DNA of 64,000 nucleotides, taken from Ptychomitrium polyphyllum. Taxonomy: Eukaryota. Every line of letters starts with the position of its first letter. Position 1 is the stretch's first letter. The stretch covers positions 10,912,001-10,976,000 of the forward strand of contig OZ316775.1 of assembly GCA_973851085.1 (NCBI GenBank), read 5' to 3'. Below the pieces are notes generated by a model. That model saw nothing but the letters and a program-made list of their open reading frames with translations, was not told the DNA's origin and ran no database searches. Position numbers and translations under genes: made by a program. Below, piece by piece: positions 34,301 to 45,556 of this stretch.

Positions 34301-37300
34301 TTTACAATGCATCCGGATGAAAAGCCATTCCCAAATGTAGCTGCTACGCATTCCTGAGATTCAAGTGCAAGCGTAGTAATATGTCAAGAATCAACACTAA
34401 TCTTGAAATACAAACAAGAGCAATGACACAATCAACAACATCTGAACATCACACTCAATCAATTTCTGATCCAGTTCCAGAATTTAGAAGTACGATATTT
34501 TCTTGAACATACCTGAATTACAACTGCAGAGTGGAATTGAAGATCTCGCAAGACCACTGACAGCAACTCTTTTACCTCTGCACAATGAAAATAATACAAT
34601 CAGAAGTAGAGAGACAACCTGTGCTACTCCCACACTAGTGCTTCATGACATAAAATTAAGCACGTAAATTATAGTCTCACTCGTATACTAGTACGAAATC
34701 AAAAACCGTATCAGTAGACTAACACAGAGGAAAAAGCAGAAATCCCAGCCAAAGACTGTACAATCGTTCTTCCAACTCTAATTATCAAACCTGGAGTTTC
34801 ACAGAACACTTCCAAAAGATACAGTATCTCACCTCGATTATCAAGAGTATCAGGTACAACCAAAACTGCTGAAAATCTAGGTCTCAATTTGGAGCCAATG
34901 TGGCACTTCTCTGTTAAAATATAATCCCATATTCTGAAGATATCATCACAAACCTGGACAAACACAATTTTAATCAAGGTTTATAACAGAAAAAACTATC
35001 AGAGTTTTAACACTCGAGTATTGAGGTAATCGCAATGAGATCACACAGGAGGACTGGTTTATAACCCATATCAAGTTTTCATGAACTAGTCGATCACTCA
35101 ATCAGCGTTACAAAATCATGAGAAAAGCTGCAAGTACAGCCTTACTAAAGAAAGCTACGGATTGTACAAGCTAACAAACTAGCATACCTGCTGCATAGAA
35201 TATTTACTAGATATATTGAGACGTCCCCGACAGATAGGCCGATATAAAGTGTACGGCTGGGATGCTGGAATCTTTAGCGCTTCCTCCCCACAAATGTACT
35301 TGCGATACGTTTTAGGCTTGTCAAGCTTCTGTCTGGAAAGTTCGTCATCTGCATCCGTCATACCCTTTCCTCTGTTGTTTTTATAATTCCTCAGAAAATC
35401 TACTTAAGCTCACATCATCGGCATGAGCTCTGAGATTTAATTCGCAAAATATTTGAGCACTCCCAGAAAAATATCACAAACTATAGAAATTCATCATCAT
35501 TCCCCAATCTAAGAGCCACATTGAAGGTGAAGTGTCTCCAATCACAATAAGCATTAAGATGTCAGTTGGTGAAATGCTGCTTAGAGAAATTCTTCAGGCA
35601 ATAATACAATTTGTACAGTAAACAATCTGTGTGTGAAGACAAGCATTGACTTTTTACTTCCATCCAACCATGATAACTGATAATAAACATATGCAAGTCA
35701 TGCGTTCTGACAATACCGTCCGTTCTGGTACTGGAAGTTGAAGATTTTTGGAATCTTGGTGTTGAGCGGCCACCAGAAGTGAAATCCTCTACATTAGTCC
35801 ATTCGAAACCAGTATCCCGCTCCTTTGAAAGCAGTTCGCAACTATTTGAATCCCCCGCACCTGCCTGGCCCTTCATGGTTTGAGTTACTGCTCAAATTCA
35901 AGACTAGCTTAAGGTTGTGTTGATTTATTTCAAGACAGTCCTACAAAAATTCTCCTCTGCAGGTGATTATGTAGCAATCCCAAAATTGCAAGCCTTAATA
36001 AAGACTCACTTCCCTGCCCTGGGTTACAGATTCGACTGATGTCTACCTTCATTGAATTCGCATAATCTTCTTTGGAAAGACCATCATAAAATTTTAGATA
36101 CCAATCACTATTACAGAATTATTGTGATAAAATAGAAAGAAGAACATCGCAGAAAACGGGTAGGTTAGTGAGCATTTGCAGTAGTGGAGAATCTATCTTA
36201 CCTTTGCTTCAGAGAAAAAAGACCTGAGCTTAAGCTGAGAAACCACCTGGCATCCAAAACTCGAAAGCATAATTAATGAGGAAACAACCTATCTCACAAG
36301 AATCCAGTAGAAGCTCAAGTGTCAACTACAGGTCACGAGTCTTCGCTTAAACTACTTCCAAGTACACGATTAAATTACAAAAGAAGCGCACCTCAAAGTT
36401 TCGACTTGATATTAAATGGCATAAAAACACGACAGCTATACTAATTGGCTACAGGAGACAGAAGCTAAATACTATACCAGCTCAAGAGCATCTTCTCGTT
36501 CATCCACCCTTGCTGCTGTTAGTGACGATGTCCCAAACTGCCATAACCAGACAAACGTGTTAATAAGATACTGTACATGTAATCACCTCTTCAATTGTGA
36601 AGTATGTGAGCTACACTGAAAACCACAACAAGAAAAGGCACTGACTAGCAGTGTTGTTAAGAGGTAGGTTATTCAGGAACAGAACCATCCACCTTCAATT
36701 AACTCAGATTCGTAATGTAGCCACATCAAAGAAATGAATCGTTAAGTTTCCATTATGTAGCTAGTAAACCGCACCCTTCGATGGCTTAAGCCCTGCTTAT
36801 GCGACTAGACTCTCTACAAGAGCTGACAATCTTTTGTCATCTATACACCCGAACAATAACATCTGGAAGATTTCACAGCTCACGTCGTTTTACTTAACCA
36901 AGAACTCCCAAAATCTTGCTCTAGTAGTACAAGATTTTCATTAAACCCTTTCCACCAATGCAATTAATGAGTAATCAGCCAAGTCGGAGACAATCAATAC
37001 CCAGCCCTCGCCAACTGCTCCTTTTTGGGGCAATTCAGCAGCATCTTGCTGATTACCACTAATTCGCAATTGATGCGCTATGCAGTGTGGCACACTCATA
37101 GGGGCCTTTGCAGACGCAAGGCCAATCCGAACATTTGCTGAACCTGCTCAGCCAAGCTCAAAAATTAGTATAACCTCAATAAAACACAATACCCCTGTGG
37201 GCACTCCATAAGGTATGCAATTAACCAAGAAAAACCTCTTCCTGCAAGACCTCTCACATTCATCTCTCTTCGCCACTCTCTAAAACCGCATACTGTTAAA

Positions 37301-37768
37301 CGAGAGATTAATAGCTTCTGGACGTACCAGGATTTATAACAACAATCTCTTCGCCACGCTCCGCAAGAAGCTGAGATGGCACCAATGACTTGTAATAATC
37401 CTGCTCGCACACATAAACCCGTTAAGAACCCTAATCTTCAGAAAACCTCCATATCCCAAAGAATCAAGGCCACCCACTTCCATCACCCCCCAAGCACCCG
37501 ACATTGTCAATCGCCACCATACTCAGCTAATTGCCATCCTCAACTAAACTAACTACTGCAATACTGCATCTTTTCTCCATTACTTGAACAACTCCCAATT
37601 CCTCTTCCACAATACATCGAGTCCCAACACAACCGAGGTTGAGCAGCTACAGCGATCGCTGAAACGAAGCTAGGTGTTGCCAGAGTGAGAAAACGAACGG
37701 ACCTGCTGGCTGGTGGGCTGCGGCGGCGCCCCGCGAGGCGCCCCTCCTCCACTGCCTGCAGCCGCCAT
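31376..37768 (-). CDS. ARP9: Nuclear actin-related protein 9 (plant ARP9, Arp8-like), multi-exon
   Basis: Exons encode DYYKSLVPSQLLAERGEEIVVINPG/SANVRIGLA..PHCIA, RKYICGEEALKIPASQPYTLYRPICRGRLNIS, DITRCLLWVQH, VPPMGLFYP, GLAQAIVKSILS and a C-terminal ..LQAQAFWYNAMLD stop at 31376. The first exon (37703-37768, MAAAGSGGGAPRGAPPQPTSQQ) is inferred from ATG context and a CAG|GT donor. Confidence 0.9.
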
Positions 37769-40439
37769 CGTGTCTCTGCCTTTCTGTCTGCCTGCCTCCC
37801 CCCCACGACCTCACTCCCTCTATCTGTCTGTCTATCCTTAAACCCTAGGGACCATGTGCCCAGCCATTGCCAATGCCATCCTTCCACACAACAATCCCTC
37901 CACACATGATAACAACGACGCAAAGAGGCTGCAGTGAGTAAATGAACTCTCTGCAATGCCGCGACAGCAACGCCATGCCATCGCATTCCCGCATCTGCTC
38001 CATCCTCCTCCCATGACGACGACCAAGCCCTAGAATGAGTATTCCAGAACCGTCGCTTCCCTTATCATCTTCCTTCAGCGTACACTTCAGAAGACGAAAA
38101 TAACGGTATTCTACACTCTTTGTAGATAATCCTTTACATAATCTGAAGGTAATAATCTAAAGGTTCTGTACATAATGACGGCATCGTGCGCAGGGACGAC
38201 GGTCCAGGTCCAGAACAAGTTACCATTAGTAAGAAGAAGAGCTGCAATCGTGTTGGGCTGTGATTGCATGAATTGTGATTACCAGGCATATTCTACATGT
38301 GGAATTGTACGTATAATAGTATGTATGGTAACTTTGAAGTGGTGGGAAGGTGGAGCATTTATTGTTGAGCTACGTTTGAATGTGTTGCGACAAGCATATT
38401 TTGAAGGGAGCAATTTTTTTATGTGATTATGGTTCCAATGCAATTGTTCTATAAATATGATTTTTTTACAAATGGTTCTTTCTTAAGAAAAGTTAATGTT
38501 TAGTGATAATTTGTTTGGTTGCAATTCTGAAATGGAGAGGAAATTTTTTGATTTGATAAAGAATGTTATGTTACTAAACAATGTATCATGTTGATTGACC
38601 AATGTATGAGAATAGGAATATTCAGAATGTTTCGTTCAGTGATCTAAATTTTTTTATTTTTTACCTCCAGTCTACTTGCATATGGGTATGTAAAATCTAC
38701 ATATATTGTAATATATGCCAACTTCACAACCCCTTTTGCATCTCACCTTTTTTTGTAGCTCTTACTTCGATTTCCTTTCATAGTATAAAAAGTGATGACA
38801 CCTCCAATGGACATATTTACCGGTAAGGAACAAGAAATATTTCATGTCGGGAACGTTATATACCCCCTACTTACTACTGTGTTCCTGAAGATCTCTACAA
38901 CGTTCCCGAAGTTCCATATGGGTTCCCATCGCTCCCACCGCTTGCTGGCCAGAATGAAAGAACCTGTATCTACCTCCAACTTGACGATCTGAACTGATTA
39001 TGAAGGGGCCGCAGTTTTCACTTAAGGCCAAGCGGCAACGGGGGGCCAAATGTAGCGCCTATTGTGGTGTGTGGAGCAGATGCTGTAGTACCCTATTTTG
39101 GTGTGGAGGGCGGAAGAGCGTCCCACAGCGTCAGTTTAGGAATGGATGTTTCTCATCCAGAAGAACCACGTCATCGATGCAGAGCAGACGACGAGAGAAC
39201 GGAGGCTCTTGGGAAAAGGTCATGTCAGCTGATCCCAACGGTTTGTCTTTGTCGCTTGGAAGTTGGAGTTTAGACTCCAACGAGATCCGCAGAAACAAAT
39301 CCTGCTATAAGCTTATGCCTATGTGTGCACATGCTTCGTTTTTCAGGCTCCGATGGCGGAACGACATCTCAAGCTTTCAAGTGCATGCACCTCTGGAGCA
39401 TGGACAGGCGTACAATCTTTGTTCATGTATCTCCAGATATTATCTCGAGTATCACCCACATATCAATTGGAAAACGGATGTGGTGAACTTCCCTGGAATA
39501 GGTCCGCACGGTGCATGGCGGACATGGCGAGCGCTTGATAGTGACAAAATTCAGAAGGATGTCGATGCGAGCGCCGTTTGGAAGCCTTTCAGCTGACAGG
39601 TCAGTGAAACAGCCAGAAATGAGGTTTGCCATCTGATCACGCTCAACAGGGTGGGCCGGGAGTGGCAGGGAAAGGGATTGCTCCCTTGATAATCGGAAGG
39701 GAGATGAGGCGGTTTCAGCTTACATGCCTCTCAGGCTTCCCCTCGTTGTCTCCTCCCACCCCGGCCCCCCCTCAAAGAACTGCTGCCACCATTCATGCCT
39801 GCTTGCGCATTTTGTTCCACCATCTTCGTCTAAATTTAAGGCCTCCATTGACTGTCGCAATCATTTTCCTCCCTTCTTTGCCGTGTACCAGACCAATTGT
39901 GTGTGAATTTGGGAGTTATAAAAGCGATTTGATGAAATGAGTGCAGTACTCTACTTTTTGCGTGCTACAGTTCGGACGTCGTTGATCCTGGGTGATGTAT
40001 GAGCGGGGAGAATCGACAATGAATTTGAAAGTTTTACATCGGGGGAGTTTGCGGATATGAGACTTTGTGGTTTGAGCGAGATGCTAGGTAGTGTTTTCAC
40101 GTATGTTGTTTCTAGGACTTGTGTACTACATCTGAGATTCTTGTGCTGGCAATGGAGCACTTTCTTGAATTGACTTCGGTGGCTCAAGTTCTGGACGGGG
40201 ATGTTGAGGTCAAGCTTATAGGGATGGGATTGTGAGAGGTTAAGCGTGTGATCTGCAAGCTTGGAGTTTGTTACTGGCGATGCACATAATTGAGGGGTAG
40301 GCAGATAGTTGGCTCCGATCCTCCGTCATGCCGCTTAAGTTTGGCTGCAGCGGAGTCCGTAACCGGGTCGGTACAAGAGGTTGACCTCTTCCAGCAGTGG
40401 TGCGGAACAATTGAGAAACTACTGAAATATTTGACCGTC

Positions 40440-42590
40440 ATGGGATGTGGGGCATCCAAAGATGACATTGCAGAACCCCAACCCATGCAATCTCACGGGC
40501 GTAACAATCTCCAACTGACAGGCAAAGGAGCCTTAAAACCCATCCAAGTAACCAGTGACATATCCGCCTTATACATCTCTTCTTCCGAGATCAACAATCC
40601 TGCTTCTCCACCCTCCGTCTTTATCCTCAGCCCGGACTCGCTGTCTAGTGATGAGGATGAGTCGGACTTGGATTTGAGCTACGAGTTTCCTTCCAATCTG
40701 AGGAGCATCGAAGAACTTGAGGAGAATATATCCAGAACGACAGCATTAGCTGCTTTGAGCTGTGAGAAAACCAGAAAAGAAAAGAAAGATGTTGACGAGC
40801 GAGTTGAAGCCATCTTGACCGGCAATGACGTGTTGAGCATCGAGCATAGTCCGGAATTTTCGACTTGTCCACTTGGTATATCGTCCGGGATTGCTGTCTT
40901 CGAAGCCCTTAAGAGTACCGTCCCCGTGATCATACAACAGAACTTTGCTGGTGATTTGTCGCGGGCAAGGGTAATCCTACTAATCTTTCATCATCTCTGC
41001 TTTCCATGTCGGTTTAGTTGTCAAATCTAGGGCTACCTGCCGTTCAGCAGTGTACTCTCATTGTAGAAGAATCCTATTGTAACACGGCAATTTAGATCTG
41101 GAATCTGGATCACCAAGGCCATTGGAATCATTTGCTCACATTTATGTTGAGTACAGGTTGGTAGTGTGGCAGTGATCTCAGGGCTGGAACCCATCCATTG
41201 CGAGGTCCCTATGCGGAAGGCGGAGATCATCGATCTGGACGTAAGCTGCTCTTGTGTTCTAAGACCATCGTTAAGCATTATAAGCCAGGTTCAGAACGCA
41301 GGCATTTCATGCTATTACTTTCTAAGCAAAATCCAGTATTGGCATGTATGTACCTAAGAATTTGCACAAATGAGGAAATCCCTCGTGAACCACGTGAAAG
41401 GCTGTAAGAACCTTTCAAGAATTTGCGACCTTCAGAGATCTCTTGCTGAACGTTGTTGTCTACAAATTCATTGAAACTTAACAGAGGCTTTTTTGTAATC
41501 AAGAGAGGATCCCCGCCCCACATGCTGTACTATTGTCCAGCACGACTGGGGAGTAAGTCCACTGCGACTCTGTTATTACAGAAGTTGAAATTTGAGAGGT
41601 ACATCAGTTCACGTGTATGACAATGCATGGAAGTGTATAGCAGCTACAAGAGGTCACTGGGTTCTATTCAAATCAGGACCTAGCAAAGATACTTCAATTT
41701 CATAATCGTCAGAACTTGATAAAAACCATTACCTGCCTTGGAACAGAAGGAACAAGATGTTGGTGAAAAGCTTATGCTGGAGAATACGCATGAGAAGAAA
41801 AAGTATCAATTTGACACTGAACAAGAACCTGCTGAACGTGCTAGAGTTGCTGAGCCTGCTTTTCCTGATCATGAACAAGAAAACGGTGATCAAGAATCTG
41901 CATCCTGCTTGACAGCGCAACCTCAGCAAGAAGAGCTGAAGCTCGATGATGCTCATAAAACTCTCTCCGGCCCCGAGCCACGAAAAGCAAAGCTGCCTCC
42001 TCTCACAATCGTTCCACCCATTCGTAAGATAACCCTAATTGCACTCAACACTTCCTGTAAAATGAGCCTACTTACAACTTCAACAACAATGTTATGGAAT
42101 TATAAGTCATGATCATGGTAAAGTAAAATGAAAATTGACATCAGTGTTCTGCAACATTTGTACAGTTGTTGAGTTTCCGGAAATTTCATTTAGGCACCCA
42201 TTTGAACCGCCTACCCCCCCTATTGTTATCAAGCAAGACTTTTTTGAAGTGAAAATTCCTGCTGTCTTCGGGGCAGAGCAATTTGAAGATCTCTTTGCTC
42301 GGACACCGGATGTCGCTGCCCTAGACTCGGCTAACGGTGACATCCACGACATGAGCAAGTCGTCACCAGTGACAGAGCAATGTGAAACCCCAACCCCTGC
42401 AACCAAGAGCCCCGCAGAAAATGAATGGAGGAGCCTGCACCGCGACACACCCGACCTTGACATTGAGGACATCGTGCTTTTGGGGTCACAGGAGCTGGAC
42501 AGCCTGCCCCTAATTCCCACGTTGGACTGCCATGGCATTCACATGGATAACAAAGATCTCATCACCTCAAGTCTGCGACTCATCTCTTAG
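40440..42590 (+). CDS. Protein of unknown function with an N-terminal MGCGASK acylation-type motif; acidic and Ser/Pro-rich; 3' exon structure uncertain
   Basis: ATG 40440 opens a 177-codon exon ending at a GT donor (40971). An in-phase exon follows at 41157-41240, then coding-like ORFs at about 41738-42020 and 42166-42590 that I could not join unambiguously. Confidence 0.55.
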
Positions 42591-43407
42591 ACTAGCTGCT
42601 CTCATCTTCCTCCTCAACGACTCATCTCATCTCTCAGAATTGGAGGAAATCATGACATTTCATGCGATTTCGAAAGACAGACATGTCAAGGAGGAAAACT
42701 ATTTGGTTAATCTTAGGTTTGATTTCTTCGACCATCAAATTGACAGAGAATGCACCATAGAAACTCTTGATTGAATCATGCACTCTTCTTACAAACACTC
42801 TCATCGTAGCTCACGTACGTGGCCGTCAGAATGGAGATAAGGCCAGCACCTGATTATAACGCCAGCACCTGATTGTAACACGAGGACCATTGCAGCACAC
42901 CATGAAGAAGCACCGTCTGCCAAGGAGAAGCGTGCCTCAACTCATTTCAAAACAATCCCTTTGAATAAAAATGGAGTTCTTCGTTCGTGTACAGGAAAAA
43001 ACCCACCTTCTCCGCACATCTTGCGTAATTTCGCAAACCCCGAGCTTGTGAAAAGAGTTCTGTGATCAAAACCTCAACCTCATCAAACAACTGTGCAGGC
43101 AAAGTACACAATACAATTTCCAGCTAGGGGCCGAACCAAATCCGAACCAAATCCGAACCTCTACCGAACCTTCACCCCTCTCTTTTCCCTTCTCTAGTGC
43201 GGCGCCTCCCTCTTCATCGCCTGTTTATATTTCCCTTGCATTCAACAAGATCTCCACCTGCATAGTCCATTCTTCACGCTCTACGTCTCTGCAGTTGGAT
43301 TACTGCAGTTGGATTACTGCAGTTTTCAGTTCCGAATCCATCTTGTGTGCATTGTTTTTCTGTGTTTGTTACCGACGTGAGCCTTCTGGCAGTGTGGAGC
43401 TTCAGCC

Positions 43408-45556
43408 ATGTATCTCATGGCTTATACGAACGAGAATGGTGATAAGGTGTACACTTTGAAGGTCAGTAACTAGGTTTCAATTTAGGATTTGTGTGATGGG
43501 TGAAGCTTGAGTTTCTCTTTTCGATGTTTGACATGACGAAATGGACGTAGGGTTTGAGGGTGTCACATGCGTGTTCTAGGTCTTGCTGGTTCGGATTTGG
43601 GTTTTTGCGTTCTGTAGTTGTTGGATCTTTAGGGTTAGGAACGACGCGGGCTGGCATCCTTGGCGGGGTGCCTTCCTAAGAACGTGGAACGACGTCGCAC
43701 TTTTGTGCGAGTTTTTGTCGTGGAATCCTTTGTTAACGTCGGAGAGCGGTGCGTTCGTACCTGGGAGCTCTGAGTCGTCCGTGATTGAGAGCTTCGGTCG
43801 TGAATGTGGGGTTGTATATTCCATTGCCCTGGCGGCAGCGTCGCGGCTCTTACCCTTTGGGACAGACCATGCCACCTACAACGGATCGTTTTAGTGGATT
43901 TGAGATGATGACAGGAGTGCACCCTTGGCGGGGTGTCCCTCTAACAGTATGGAGCGATCACTTGCATTCATGTGATGCAGTCCAGGTCGTAGATTCCTCC
44001 GTTAACGTCAAAGATTGATGCGTTTGCGTTACGAAGCTGTCGGTCTTTAGGGATTTATAGCTTCAACGTGAAATCGGAGTCGCGTATTCCATCGCTCTGG
44101 GGAGCAGCGTCGCTGCCATTACTTTTTGGGACAAACCATGCTACTTCCAGCAAATTATTTCATGTTCTGAATTGTTTTCTCTTGATTATTGTGTTCTGAA
44201 ATTGCGGGAGGAGCATCCTTGGCGGGGTGTTTCTCTGACAGTGTGGAGCGACCATTCGTCTTTGTGATGCACGTGTAGTCGTAGAGTCCTTTGTCAACGT
44301 CAGCGAACGATGCGGTCATGCGATGATGCTTCTCCTGCTTCGGTTGGAAGAGCATATTTGTGTGAAAGTAAAGTTGCATATTCCATTGCCTTGGGGAGCA
44401 GCGTCGCTGCAGTTACGCCTTGGGACAGACCATGCCACTTACATTTCTGTACACTTAAGTATAGTTGCGTTTCTTTTCTGTTTAGACGCCCCTTAGATTT
44501 TCATCTTGTGTTTCTATTCAGTTTTTAGACCGATGATTACATCATATCAAAATACCATCTTTCGGATCGTAGTACACCTCTGGGTGGTGGTGATTTGTTA
44601 CGTATGGTGGTCTTTAATGATATGTATCATAATTTTCTTCGTGTCATGTACGAAAAGCAGAGGTTATTGACACCGCATGAGCTAATTCTCGTCAGTTACA
44701 GGTATAGCATATGCATCATCTTTAGGTGGTGAGCTACTGCCTTTTTAATGGCAACAGGTTCAATCCATGGTGCTATATTTTTGTATATTTTCTACTTCTA
44801 CATATGCTGATATGATTCTGAAGCTGGTGATATTGATGTATCCGAAAATTACTGATTTTATTTCATGTTTAACTTATCACCGTCTTTCGACTGAGGTTTC
44901 TAAGTTCGTGTCAAACGTTTGGCATCTGTATGGGCGAAGACTGGGTGAAGACAGAATACATAGACCTGTTCTGAATTTATATGTTGGACGAACATGCACT
45001 ACCAACTGACAGTCTTCGTCGTCAGGCCCAATTTCACTTTAGCGATGACGGGGGTAGTTCCCTTTTGGCGGCGTACTCTGACAGAGTGAAGCGACCATCC
45101 GCGTCTCTGTGATTTGACTTGTGGTCGTATAATTCGTTGTTAAAGTCGCGGAACGACGAGGTCACGTGTAGAAGCTCTTGTTCATTCGTGAGCAATAGAA
45201 TACTCAAGTGGGAGTGAGGTTGCATATTCCATTGGGTTGGAGAGCAGCTTCGCTGCCATTATTCTTTGGGACAGACTATACTACTTTTATTATACATTGC
45301 TTATAGGTTATTTCTTTGAGCTGAGTTCAGTTGTCTTTATTTCTAGAGTACTGATTTTGGTTTTTATTATTGCTATGTTTGGTTAAACGTTAACCTTTTG
45401 AGTTTGATTTTGCAGAAGGAGTCACCTTTGGAGGAGCCAACTCACTCGGCTCATCCAGCTCGGTTCTCTCCTGATGACAAATTTTCGAAGCATCGGATTA
45501 TCTGCAAGAAGAGGTTCAACTTGTTACCCACACAGCAGCCTCCACATAATTATTAG
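43408..45556 (+). CDS. NOP10: H/ACA ribonucleoprotein complex subunit 3 (Nop10), 64 aa; exons 43408-43461 and 45416-45556
   Basis: [64 protein letters not shown], with the [12 protein letters not shown] hallmark and one GT-AG intron of 1954 nt. Both exons are too short for the ORF track. Confidence 0.97.
43548..43555 (-). promoter_or_regulatory. Telo-box (TAGGGTTT on +) at the start of the NOP10 intron, upstream of the snoRNA cluster
   Basis: Motif present, with a variant TAGGGTTA near 43630. Confidence 0.4.
43641..43883 (+). ncRNA. snR30/U17-like H/ACA snoRNA, copy 1 (NOP10 intron)
   Basis: m1 ATATTCCAT at 43816-43824 and m2 AGACCAT at 43864-43870 lie on opposite sides of the 3' hairpin base; ACA box at 43878-43880. 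The 5' end is approximate. Confidence 0.8.
43905..44152 (+). ncRNA. snR30/U17-like H/ACA snoRNA, copy 2 (ACA position reads CCA)
   Basis: m1 GTATTCCAT at 44084-44092 and m2 AAACCAT at 44133-44139, in the context GACAAACCATGC. Confidence 0.7.
44202..44446 (+). ncRNA. snR30/U17-like H/ACA snoRNA, copy 3 (most canonical)
   Basis: ANANNA (AAAGTA) at 44365-44370, basal stem AAGTTGCAT/ATGCCACTT, m1 at 44378-44386, m2 AGACCAT at 44427-44433, ACA at 44441-44443. Confidence 0.82.
44527..44613 (+). ncRNA. Box C/D snoRNA, snR39B/SNORD2-like, degenerate boxes
   Basis: AGACC/GGTCT terminal stem and C-like ATGATTA. The guide ACCATCTTTCGG (44554-44565) is complementary to conserved LSU rRNA CCGAAAGAUGGU. 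D' and D boxes are non-canonical. Confidence 0.55.
44821..44899 (+). ncRNA. Box C/D snoRNA, U51/snR39-like (LSU site equivalent to yeast Am807)
   Basis: AAGCT/GGTTT stem, C-like GTGATAT, D' CTGA at 44852. The guide CACCGTCTTTCG (44878-44889) lies one nt before D box CTGA (44891-44894); the D+5 rule selects the second A of CGAAAG. Confidence 0.65.
44936..45017 (+). ncRNA. Dual-guide box C/D snoRNA: U33/snR55-like guide at D and U25/snR56-like guide at D'
   Basis: 8-bp terminal stem GAAGACTG/CAGTCTTC and C-like GTGAAGA. CATAGACCTGTT-CTGA (44959-44974) pairs with 18S AACAGGUCUGUG, and CATGCACTACCA-A-CTGA (44993-45009) pairs with 18S UGGUGGUGCAUG. Confidence 0.8.
45042..45292 (+). ncRNA. snR30/U17-like snoRNA, copy 4 (most diverged, no ACA at the expected position; possible pseudogene)
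   Basis: m1 ATATTCCAT at 45224-45232, m2 variant AGACTAT at 45273-45279, GCAGC-TTC-GCTGC hairpin. Confidence 0.65.

Noticed and set aside
39000..39596. 198-aa ORF
   Set aside because: Atypical composition and no recognisable domain.
43463..44528. Overlapping ORFs in the NOP10 intron
   Set aside because: Conservation among the repeats follows RNA structure and motifs, not reading frame.
43641..45292. CRISPR array or tandem satellite reading of the intron repeats
   Set aside because: Eukaryotic locus with long, diverged, irregularly spaced units; snoRNA motifs explain them.
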